Origin: Vicugna vicugna
Taxonomy: Eukaryota
Reading direction: 5' to 3'
Assembly: GCA_013265495.1 (NCBI GenBank)
Contig: MU058257.1
Span: 1,195,262-1,259,261 of the forward strand
Length of the DNA stretch: 64,000 nucleotides
Shown: positions 39,445 to 49,968 of the stretch, piece by piece
Numbering within the stretch: the stretch's first letter is position 1
How the letters are laid out: each line of letters begins with the position of its first letter
Notes under the pieces: generated by a model
What the model saw: only the letters and a program-made list of their open reading frames with translations
What the model was told of the DNA's origin: nothing
Databases searched by the model: none
Position numbers and translations under genes: made by a program

Positions 39445-39628
39445 AGGGGTACTGTCATTTAAAGCTCTGGACCCAGAACACCTGGTTCAGATCCTCGCTC
39501 CATCACTTAAAATCCTGGATGTGGCCTTGGGAAAGTTAACCTTTCAAAGCATTGGCAACTTCATCTTCAAAACGATAAGCATAGCACTGACCTCACAGTC
39601 TCATTATGAAGATCGAATTGTGCGTAAT
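39445..39628 (+). mobile_element. MIR
   Basis: aagctctggacccagaacacctggttcagatcctcgctccatcactt...tgtggccttgggaaagttaacct...tcatcttcaaaacg...acctcacagtctcattatgaagatcgaatt. Confidence 0.8.
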
Positions 39629-41028
39629 CAGGAGGCGAGGAACCCAGCTGATGTGTGCCCTTGCGCTGAGCTCGCCACCTGCCCGGCCATGACTCGGGCC
39701 ATCGCGCTGCCTCTCAGCACCAGCCTCCACCTCTGAGCTCTTCTTCCCAACACATCCGGTCCTAGCTTCTGTCTCGTTCCACCTGCCAGTGATGCCGACC
39801 CCCTGCTTAGGGTGCTCCGTCCCACCCAAAGCATGACAGCCTTACGCGTGCTTACAGAAGCCATGAGAGTGAGCACAGAAATTAAATATCGTGCCGACAT
39901 CTGCAGCTCTGTAAGCCAGAAGCTGCTGAACTGCTGCAGGGATGAGCGTGGTGGTCCTCCCCCAGGGGTCCATCCTCTGTCCTTCAGGGTCATGGCTGGA
40001 AAGGACGAAGGACAGCGTGCGCCAGCTGGCACATCATCCCTTCATCTCCATGCTCCTGAGAACTTTCTAGAACTTACAGGAAGAGCATACCACAAAGGGA
40101 GTTCGGATTTGTTTCTGAGTTCCTGGAATTAACCCAGCTCCAGCATTCCCCTCGCCTTGGTGTGGACATGAGTCAGTCAAGGCAATCTGTGCTCCCTCTC
40201 CTGCGGTGGGACCACCCTGCTGCGGAGTCAGTCAGCATGGGAGGAGGGAGGTGACAAGGATGTGAGTGCCACCAGGAGTCCCACTGGGAAGGAATTTCCA
40301 GGCCCTGGCACAGAACCTGGGAGCAGCTGCTCCCACCCTGGGAACAGTGCTGGCCTCCGATACCAGTAACAGTGAAAAATTGTCAGACGGGGAAAACTTC
40401 CCTGTTTGACTTACAAATACGCCACCTGTTCCATGAACAGGGGTCCCCTCCGTCAGCCCAGAGCCTCACCTCTGAGCACTGCCCTCGGGTTGAGAACAGA
40501 GAACAGTGTCCATGTGGCTTTGCCCCAGGGATTTTCTCAACCTTACTCTGGGGACCTGTTCACCTAGGTAAGAACCATCCCTTGCCCTCTGTTCTCTGAG
40601 TGCAGGATTTCCATCATCTTAGAAAGGGCGGGAATGACAATGACGCTGGGAAGGGCTAGGGCAGCAAAGGACAAGCAGTGGAGGACTGGACAGCAGCGTG
40701 GAGGTGAGGATGGGAGGGAGATCGGCGAGAATCGGTCCTGGAGGAGCCACCGGTGGTTGTGCACAGCCAGGCACACATGGGCCAAGGACTCCGTGGGGCT
40801 TACGGTTGCAAGAACCCACCCATCTGCAGGCCCGCAGGAGACACCGATGACTGAGGGTTTGAGGACCTCATGGCAGAGCCAGAAGGGCCATCAGAATATT
40901 TGACGACTTCCCTCGCACGGCCCATCCCATCGCATCAGTGGTACAAGCCCAGCTGTGCCCACGGGAGGTTCTGACCCATCAGGCTGCTGGGCTGCAGACT
41001 TTGCTGTGGACGCCCTGCCCCTGTGTGT

Positions 41029-41121
41029 CCCCCCACCCCACCCACCCCACCCCNNNNNNNNNNNNNNNNNNNNNNNNNNNNNNNNNNNNNNNNNNNNNNN
41101 NNNCCCACCCCCACCCCCACC
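41029..41121. other. Assembly gap (50 N, 41054-41103) within a (CCCCA)n repeat
   Basis: N run flanked on both sides by ccccacccca repeats. Confidence 0.97.
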
Positions 41122-43484
41122 ACGGCCTCCATCCACCGGGTGGTGTGCTGGGCAGGGCAGATGCTTCCGTGGGACTGTGTCCAGCGTGGCCCTGGTGGTC
41201 TGGCCTAGAGGGCAGGCATGGCTTCTGGGCAGACAGGACATTAGATGCAGTGAAGGGATCCAGGCCTCCCTGGGGCTTTGTGCACCTTAGGCCCAGGTGT
41301 GCACCTTTCGGGGTACAGGCTTCTCCCTCTGTCTGAAAACAGAGCAGTCCAGGGAAGCCTGTCCTAGGCTGAGATGGCATAAAAGTGAAAGTCCTCTTCA
41401 GGCCTCTTCTGGCTGGGAAACAGGTACCAAGGTAGGTTTTCATAAAAGCAGAGCGGTGTAAAGTAGACTTTCGTAGAGTGGGGGACACCATATTGCACAA
41501 GCCAGAGGGACAGCCGTTTACTTTGGCGCTGAACTCCCTGGCTGTCGTGGCTGACGGATGGCTGGCCCACGTCAGCCTCATCCTCTGCCTTGGTCCTACA
41601 GCCCCTTTGAGGATGAGGATGGCACCCCAGTCATGGTGACTCTCCGCACAGCGAGGCGCGGGGCCGGCTGCGTACCGGGATGGAGCATTGGAGGTGGACA
41701 CGTAGACTTCGAGGCTCTGCTCCTCATCCTCGTTCCCCATCCCAAGTGTCCTCTATCTGTGGAAATATGACTTCCATCTGTGGCAAAGGAGCGTAAACGT
41801 TTGCCAAAATTTTCCCCTCTGCAAAGCTCTTCTCCGGCCAAAGATGACTCATTCGGCTCTGAAGCAAAAGACCTGGAAAGGCCAGCCCCTGCAGGGGCCT
41901 CGGGCCAAGCGCAGGATGTGAGAGCCCACTTCTTCCTCCGCAGCATCAATCTCCCTCCACTCTCCAATGACCTTACTTGCGGAAGCACAAAGGCACCAGC
42001 TCACTCTGGGCTCTGCTCTGCCAACAGTCACAGATTTCCGCACCATGGTGTCGCCTCTCTTTCCCTGGAGAGCATCCCAAACTTCCTCTCACCTTGGAAT
42101 GTTTGGGGCACTGGAGCCGGATAGGACTGGCAACAGGAGGGACTCAGAGCAGCTGAGCTCCGTCCGCCCCCTCCTCCAGTCCTGGGTACCACCCAGCCTC
42201 CCCAGGCTCCGAGCAAGTAGAAAAGGGGAAAAAGTGTCTGGTACGCAGAGTGTGCTCTATAAATGGCGTTGAAATACTTGGTGCAGAAACACAAAGTGTG
42301 ACGGCTTCTCAAGTGTCACTGAAATTCTGTTAGGGACGTTGGCGTCGGCGCTCAGGGAGCACAACCCTGCCGTGAGAAGGGTGGGCTCACAGTTCATAAA
42401 GACGTGCTGAGACCAAGTACCGTGCCGCGCGCTAGCATGGTTCTTCGTCTGGGGGGCTGGCGGGCGGCCGCAAGGCATCTGGAATGTGATGTTCCCCTGG
42501 GCTCTGAGTGAGGACCAGGATTGTCCTAAATTCCAGGGATGTGCATGGGGGGCTTGGGGGGGCTGCATGGGATAAGTGAGATTGAGGGAGAGTCAGTGTT
42601 CCCGGCAGAGGGCGGTCAGGAGCAGAGGCACGGAAGGATGAAGACACGTGAGCTCCGGGGGTCCTGGCTGGCCCAGCGAGCCTTCCGTGGAGAGGGTGTG
42701 GGGGTGAGGAGGCCACAGGGACGAGGGACGCTGGGGTCTGACTGTGAAGGGCGCTGCCCTCCGTGCTTTGGGAAAGGAGCTGATTGCCTCTGTGTTTTAG
42801 GAAAGCCAGCCCTAGCAGAGCGGTGGCTCTCACCTGCTAATGAACTGCAAGAGCCTGAGCGTCCCCTTTCTCACCTTCAACACCGATGTGTTGATAACAA
42901 AAGTGGCACCACGACAAGGAAAAGTAGGGCGCCGTCAACGCATGGCTCAGCCACGTGCAGAGAGAGCCATGTTCTTTTCCCTTCCTTTGCCCCGCTGGAT
43001 GTCCAGAGTGTCGCATATTTCTCTTGAACGTTTTCAGGGATATTTTCGCGGAAGCTCCGTAACAGGGGTAAATCAGACCAAAAGGCACCAGTGAGGATAC
43101 GGTCCTACCAGCTGAGCAGCCGGACCGGGTGCTGGCTGTGGCGCGCCCCAGGGAGGCTGGGCGGCGTGACCCCGTGTCTCTCCTGCCTGCCCGGGCTCTC
43201 CATCCTCTCACGGCTGAACGTCTGTCCCAGTGCAGGGCCTGAGGGGAGGAGGGAGCAGGTGGGAGGGAGGAGCAGGTGGGAGCCTTGTCTTCACTCATGA
43301 GGTTTCTCTCTCCCATCTTGCTGGGTTGAGTCCTTGCCTTTCCCATTGAAAGGGGAAAAAAAATCCAAGAAGAGGTTTCTTCTCTGTTTTTCTACTTTCA
43401 TTTCCCCTTTAAGAACTAAGAGTCACTGGATAGTCTAATGCTTGAATGGGGAACAAGACAAAATTGAAAACAAGGAAAGACTGG

Positions 43485-43610
43485 GGCACAGGAAGAATTG
43501 CCAATACTTGATAATAACTTTAAATGGAGCAGAACCTTTAAAAGCTGTGAATCATGGCAGTGTACACCTGTAACTTACTGTTACATCAGCTACACTTCAG
43601 TAAAAAAAAA
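43485..43610 (+). mobile_element. L1 3' terminal fragment
   Basis: ccaatacttgataataactttaaatggagcagaacctttaaaagctgtgaatcatggcagtgtacacctgtaactta...tacacttcagt followed by poly(A). Confidence 0.8.
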
Positions 43611-44895
43611 GTCTGGTGTTTTCTCACAATAAAAGGAAGATTCAAGGAAAGTTGTTTTCATATCTCAAAAATATCCTGTGGCAAAGGGACTCTTTCGGTG
43701 TTATTCTTTCAGAGTCATAATGCATATGCATTATATGCATGAAATGCAAAATTCTTGAAATTCATCAAATTTTCTCCTACAGGCATTTTAAACATCTCCA
43801 AGTCACCAGAGCACAGGTATTTCTAGACCGGCAGATACCAGCAAATCCATCTGGGTCTTAATTAATACAGTTATGTTTCCACACAGACAAAACTTGAGTG
43901 CTTATTGCAATCATTTAACCAGCTGGCTGGTTCCCCCCCCCCATAGCATCACTACTCTGAGTAACTGTGTACAGAAACTATTTTAGCCAATCCCTTTTTC
44001 CTTCATGAAAGAGGAACTGAAGACACGGAGAGAATTCAGTCCGTCCCCCATCTGTAAACTCTACTCTGGTCATGTTCATCTCGCTCTCAAATAGTCTCTT
44101 CAGGCTCCTTAAGCCCTCTGATCTCTTTTTGAAAATTGCTCCATTCTGGAAAATATGCCTTCTGGCATAATATCTGGTTCTGCGAAGTCTGCCTTGGACT
44201 CTGACCAACCCTGGAGTCCCCACCACCGAAGCGACATCCCTGAGGTCCCCAATCTGTTGGTAGCGTCTCCAGGTGCCACAACTCTATTCTTGCACCATAT
44301 TTCACCCGATGAAAAGTGCCAGGAGGTTTTATTCCTGTTGTGCTGGATAACATGGCCTCAAACGTCTGAACTGGATCACCCGCGCTGTGGGCCACCCAGG
44401 AGCGTCCCTGTGTCACCAAGGCTGCTGTGTCTCAAGACGCACCCGCAGAGTGACGGGGCACTTTCTGCCTTCAGACAGATCATGGTTAGATGGACCACGG
44501 GGCCCCGTTCGGCCTGGACGAAGGAGGAGGTTGGAGCCGCTGAAGCCGTCTGTTCAAGACGCTTGCCCTGGTTTATTCTCTCCGGACGTAGCGCATAGAG
44601 TTTTGAACTCTTTCTTCCTTCTTCCGGGTCATCCGACCCAGGCTTCTTTCTGGCCATCAGGAGAGCGCAGTCTGGGGATGATGCCCTTGACTTGGGCTCC
44701 TCACACCCTCCTTTTCATTAAGTGAGATTACAGAGTGCCCTGCTCCTCGCTACTGATAGGACACCTGATTTTCCTCTTACAGCGCCCTTTCCAAATTTAT
44801 ATGTAAGTGGAGGAGGTACTCACGTGGCGTGGTGACGGGCAGGAAGGCCCTTCATCACTTCACAACACTGTCCGTGCACAGCTGAGAGAGCGCCT

Positions 44896-44947
44896 GCGTG
44901 TGTGTCTGTGTGTGTGTGTGTCTGTGTGTCTGTGTGTGTGTGTGTGT
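44896..44947. repeat. (TG)n/(TGTC) microsatellite
   Basis: gcgtgtgtgtctgtgtgtgtgtgtgtctgtgtgtctgtgtgtgtgtgtgtgt. Confidence 0.95.
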
Positions 44948-45074
44948 AAGCGATTTTTTTTTTTTTGCCTAGAAGCTCACTGGGAACTAAATAATGTATA
45001 TTCTTGACCATGAAGGAATTGTTTTAGTAAACCTCCAACAGGCCTAACTGATTCGATCATTCTTTCTTCAAGTA

Positions 45075-45211
45075 TCGTTGTCCCCTGGAATGTTCTTTAA
45101 AACTCCAGCTTCCTAACCCTGCCCCAGTGAAGTCAGAATCTTGGGTGGGAGAGGCCAAGGATCTATGCTTTCAACAAACACTCTGAGGGATTCTTAAGAA
45201 CCTGAAGTCTG
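45075..45211. mobile_element. MER5-type hAT-Charlie, left part (split by L1; remainder at 46864-46885)
   Basis: ccctgccccagtgaagtcagaatcttgggtgggagaggccaaggatctatgctttcaacaaacactctgagggattctt, continuing after the insertion as ...aagtctgagaaccact. Confidence 0.7.
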
Positions 45212-46740
45212 CAACCATCCACAAAATGCAGAGACAACCTACTGAATGGGAGAAAATACTTGCAAATGAAACAACCAATAAGGTGTTACCAAAATATATA
45301 AACAACTTGTACAACTCAATTTTTTAAAAAAATTTTTTAATTGAGCAGAAGACCTGAATAGACATTTTTACAAAGAAGACATACAGATGGCCAACGAGCA
45401 CATGAAAAGATGCTCAACATCACTAATCTACAGAGAAATGCAAATCAAAACTATGAGATATCATCTCACACCTGTCAGAGTGGCCATCATCAAAGTATCT
45501 ACAAAAACCAAATGTTAGAGAGGATGTGGAGAAAAGGGAACCTTTGTAAAGTGGTGCAGCCACTATAGAAAACAATATGGAGTTTCCTCAAAAAACTAAA
45601 AATAGAATTATCATATGATCCAGCAGTTCCACTCCTAGATATGTATCTAAGGAAAACAAAAACACTAATCTGAAAAGATACATGCAACCAATGTTCACAG
45701 CAGCACTATTTACAATAGTCAAGATACAGAAGCAACTAAGTGCCCTTCAACAGATGACTGGATAAAGAAGGTGTTGTATATATACGTATATATGATGGAA
45801 TACTACTCAGCCAGAGACAGAGTGGAATTTTGCCATTTGAAACAACAGGGATGTACCTAAAGGATATTATGTTTAGTGAAATAAGTCAGACAGAAATAGA
45901 CAAATACTTCACCACTTATATGTAGAATCTAAAAAATAAAACATATCGTGAATATAACAAAACAGAAACTGACCCACAGACATACAGAACAAACTAGTAA
46001 TTACCAGTGGAAAGAGGGAGGAGGTGGGAGGCAAGATACCAGCAGGGGATTAAGAGGTACAAACTACTATAAAATAAATAAGCTACAAGAATATATTGTA
46101 CAGCACAAGGAAATATAGCTATTATTTTGTAATTCTTTTAAATGGAGTATAATCTATAAAAATATTGAATCACTATGCTATACACCAGAAACTAATATAA
46201 TATCGTAAGTCAATGATACTTCTGAGGTGGGAAGCCCCATGAAAAAGACCGGCAGGACCCCCAGGCAAGGCCACTACTCTCCTGCCAGGGCCATCTCGTT
46301 CCCTGGCCCAGCGGTATTACCTCTCTTTTTGCCTCTATAAAACGGCTTGCTTCTAGGAAAGTGGAACTCACCGTTAAGGTGCTATCAGTTCCCTGAGCTC
46401 ACTCCTGATTGGTCCATTTGTAACACCTCATTTGCATAAAACTCACTCCTGATTGGTCTATTTCTTAAAAGTTCATTCCTGATTGGTCCACTTTGTTATA
46501 CTTTATTTGCATATGAAGTTGCAAAGTCTAGACTGGCTGCCTATAAAATCCTGTGTAAACCTACAGACAGGATCCAGAGCTTGGAGTGTTAACTCCTCTG
46601 GGTCCGCTGGCGTTAATAAACCAGAGTTCTCCAACTCTCCAAGTGCTGCTTGGTCTCTCACCCGGATCCAGGTTACTGTCACAACTGAGCTGTAACACTG
46701 AGCTGTGACACACTTTGCTGCAACATTTCAACTTAAAAAA
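45212..46740 (+). mobile_element. 5'-truncated L1 (ORF2 end and 3' UTR), interrupted by a solo LTR
   Basis: acaaaatgcagagacaacctactgaatgggagaaaatacttgcaaat ... gaagacatacagatggccaacgagcacatgaaaagatgctcaacatcactaat ... taagtcaatgatacttc[LTR]tttcaacttaaaaaa. Confidence 0.95.
46223..46725 (+). mobile_element. Solo ERV1-type LTR, copy 2
   Basis: TG...CA termini (tgaggtgggaagcccc ... ctgcaaca), TSD cttc/tttc, three gattgg boxes, TATAAAA 46542-46548, AATAAA 46615-46620; same family as 33220-33688. Confidence 0.92.
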
Positions 46741-47299
46741 GAGAAGAAATTATCTGAAATTAAAAATTTGGTAGCTGAGTTGTGTCTCAGAATAGACAGA
46801 GGAGGAGAAAGAATTAGTGAACTGGAAAGGGGGCCAATAAAATATCCAAATGAGGAAAAAAAGCCTGAAGTCTGAGAACCACTAGACTAAATATTAACAA
46901 TAGCTCTTATTATTCTAAACTATGCAACCTCTTCACCGAAAAAAAAAAAAAAACGAAATCTGCCTCAAAAAAAATACTGGGGTCCATCAACACTTATTCT
47001 TTGTGGACTTGCATGCAGAGAAAAGTCTGACAGCACAGTCCGTGACAAACCCTGTTTCAGCAGATATCGTGATGATGGCAGGGCACGACTCTCAGAATAA
47101 TTTACACCAAAAACATCCCCAACGGTCCTTTTCAGGCATCACTCCCACCCCTGCAATTTCTCTATTCTCAAAAACATATCTGTCTATTAAAATTCTTTCC
47201 CTTTTATGCACTGAAAAACACAAGCCACGAAAGAAACCTTTGGAAGGTTGGAGACATGTGAAAGCAAGCTATGCGCTAACCTTATCCTGGAATGACTGG

Positions 47300-47560
47300 T
47301 TTGCTTGGGTGTGATGATGATAGGGTGTTTATGTAATCGAACGTCCTTCGTCTCAGGGGACGAATTCTGAAGTATTTAGGGGTGAGGTGTCATGACAGCT
47401 TCAACTGACTACCAAATGTTTCAGAAAAAAGCACTGGTATCTGTGTAACAGACACACAGATACAGGTGCACGCATGTACACATGCACGTGTGTGATGGGA
47501 GTGAAGGAAGGGAGATGTGTGGTGACGGTGATGGTAACTCTAGGGTGTCTATTGTCCTCT
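47300..47560 (+). mobile_element. Ancient L1M 3' UTR fragment
   Basis: ctgaagtatttaggggtgaggtgtcatgacagcttcaactgactaccaaatgtttcagaaaaaa resembles the L1MC/ME 3' UTR. Confidence 0.65.
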
Positions 47561-48630
47561 AACTCTTACGTAGATTTTGGTTGGAGAGGAACAAATCCCG
47601 CTGTGTTCTCCTGCTGCCCTCCCCCTGCCTCCCACGCCCCAGCACACCCTGCCCACCCTCTGGCTGGAAGTGACCACCTCAAACCCCAGGCCACCCTGCT
47701 TCCTGGCTTCCCTTGCAAGCCTTGGGAGCAGCTAGAAAGCTGTCTGCTGCTCTCGTTCTAATCTTCTTTCAATAAATCCCACCATAAAAAGTCTTCACCT
47801 TGTAATGTAGGGGTGTGCTCATCACTCAGCTCCCAGTGAACAGGTAACTGAAAACCCTAGGGTGTGTTGCAGCCCTGAGGGCTGGAGAAATAGGAGCCGG
47901 CAGGTAGTCCAGGCACTTGTGGGTCTGATTCCATTTTTAGGAGGATGTGTAGAGGGCGCTGGCCTCTCTGGACCTGATGGGCCATGAGAACAATTATCTG
48001 TCATCTACCGCTAAATCTAATCATCACTGAAATTCCTCCTCCCCTACCCACTGCTGTCTGGTTCCAGACGCGCTCACAGCTCCCTCCGTGCGACGCGGCT
48101 GAGCAGACTCAGCCAGAATGGCCAGGGGTTTAATGACACTCTGGGAAGTGTCCTGTCATTTGCATCTGTCATTGGGGTCCCAACCTCCATGTGATTGACG
48201 CACGTTAGAGAGTCAGGGACAACAGGCTCAGAGCCCTCAAACTCGAGGGGAAAGTGAGGTGCCGCAGCCAGGAGCCACCCAGGGGTGCTGGGTAAGGCCG
48301 GCAGCTGGCACTGTGTAGAGCTCATTGGAGGCAAGCCAAGGCTCATTAGCAATACCATGACAAATGTCCTTGTGGTCAGGCGCACTCTATGGTGTGTGAG
48401 GTACGAGAAACAACACTTTGCGGAACCTCATTGGAGAGGCTGGGTCAGGGGAGGGGGAGGCTGGAATCCCCCACCTGAGGATGGGAAGCAAGAATTAAGA
48501 TGAAACACAAAAACCTAACAGAGATGCTTGCTGGACCTGAGAGGAGCAGACACTCCTCTCAGTGACCGGGCTGGTGGTACGTCCTGATCCCTTAGTCAGA
48601 GGAAATTAGAAATAAAAACCGGACGTCAAC

Positions 48631-49175
48631 TGCGGCAGACCGAGTGACTGCCCCCCAGAGACATCCCAGTCCTGCTCCCCAGGCCCTAGGACCGTCGCCC
48701 TACGTGGCAAAAGAGACTTCAAAGAGGTGACCTGATTCAGGATCTTGGGATGGGATAGAATATCCTGGATTATCTAGGTGGGCCCCAAATGTAATCACTG
48801 TGAAAGAGACCATGAGAGGATGGAGACGGGGATTGGGGCACTGAGGCCACCAGCCACGGCCAAGGAGGGGAGGCACCTCCACGAACCAGAATTGGCCAGG
48901 AGCAGACTCTCCCCTGGAGCCTCCAAAAAGAAACCAGCCCGGCTCGCACCTGGATTTTATTTAGTTAGTTAGCTGTTTTACTTTTTTTTTTAATGGATGT
49001 ACAGGGGTTTGAACCCAGGACCTTGTGCATGCTAAGCACGCGCTCTACCCCTGAGCTATTACCCTCCCCCCACACCTGGATTTTAGACTCCAGAGCTGTA
49101 GGAGAATATATTTGTGTTGCTTTAGGGCCCTAAGTCTGTGGTAGTTTGCTACCGTGGCCACAGGGAACTGAGACA
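48631..49175 (+). mobile_element. MLT1C/D-type LTR, split by a SINE
   Basis: tgcggcagac...tacgtggcaaaagagacttc...tatcctggattatctaggtgggccccaaatgtaatcac...ctcccctggagcctcca...taagtctgtggtagtttgctaccgtggccacagggaactgagaca. Confidence 0.88.
48960..49072 (-). mobile_element. tRNA-Ala-derived SINE (Vic-1-like) inserted in MLT1
   Basis: antisense gggggagggtaatagctcaggggtagagcgcgtgcttagcatgcacaaggtcctgggttcaaacccctgtacatcca; perfect 13-bp TSD cacctggatttta (48947-48959 / 49073-49085). Confidence 0.95.
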
Positions 49176-49749
49176 CCCATCCCGTAAACGTTCATCATAT
49201 GTGGTTATGCCAAGTTAGCTGAGACCTACTGGCCTTTCCCACTTCCGTGTACATTCAGAACTTCCCAGTAACTCCCATTTTTGTGTCTTCATGAAATTTT
49301 GCATTACCAAACTCTATCAAGAACCAGTCATCAGAGTGTATAAACCCCGCCCACTGAAGCCACCAAGGCAGAAGCGGGCATGAGGAGGCGAGAGGAGGTC
49401 AAAGCCCAGCTTCTGCGGAGACAACGTGGTACCATTTCGACAGCAGTGCTTCCTCAGGCTCCCGTCTGACCACACCCCTCAGGACATGAGGGTGCTGGAC
49501 CTGGGGACACCCAGGCTGGTCCACAGCAGGGTCGTGAAAAGCCCCGTGGAGGCAGTTTGATGTAACAGGAATGTAACGGACGCACAAGCATTCGAACCCT
49601 AGCTACACAGTGCCCAGCGCTAAATTCTGAGCTTCCGCTCCCCTGAAAATGAGAAATAATAACCCCTCCAGCTCTCTGTGTGGAAGAGACCGGATTGCAG
49701 AAGGAGAGACCCTAGCACGGTAGCTCCTAATGACTGTTAGCAACAGGAA

Positions 49750-49968
49750 GTGGTTTGTCCCTGCTAGTCCCAGACTCTTCATTTATCCCCACCCCACTCT
49801 TTCCCCGCTGGTGACCGTAAATTTGCCTTCTGTGTCTGTGAGTCTGTTTCTGTTTTGTAAATAAGTTCATTTGTCTTTTTAGATCAAACCATTATGGTGT
49901 GTGCCTAAAACTAATACAATGTTACATGTCAATTCTATTTTAATTAAAAAATAAAATGGAAAAAAATT
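49750..49968. mobile_element. Short L1 3' insertion with an inverted 5' part
   Basis: 49750-49883 is antisense L1 3' UTR (tgtctgtgagtctgtttctgttttgtaaataagttcatttgt); 49884-49968 is the sense L1 terminus (cctaaaactaatacaatgttacatgtcaatt) plus A-rich tail. Confidence 0.7.

Noticed and set aside
40979..41988. 253-aa and 130-aa ORFs (-) as a possible exon or pseudogene
   Set aside because: One spans the N gap; no recognisable homology or consistent reading frame
33220..46725. Full-length provirus bounded by two LTRs
   Set aside because: Each LTR has its own TSD; no PBS/PPT or gag-pol-env between them; the interior is host DNA with older repeats
49485..49560. MRVLDLG peptide resembling methyltransferase motif I
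   Set aside because: Lacks the GxG continuation, the frame closes quickly, and there is no supporting exon structure
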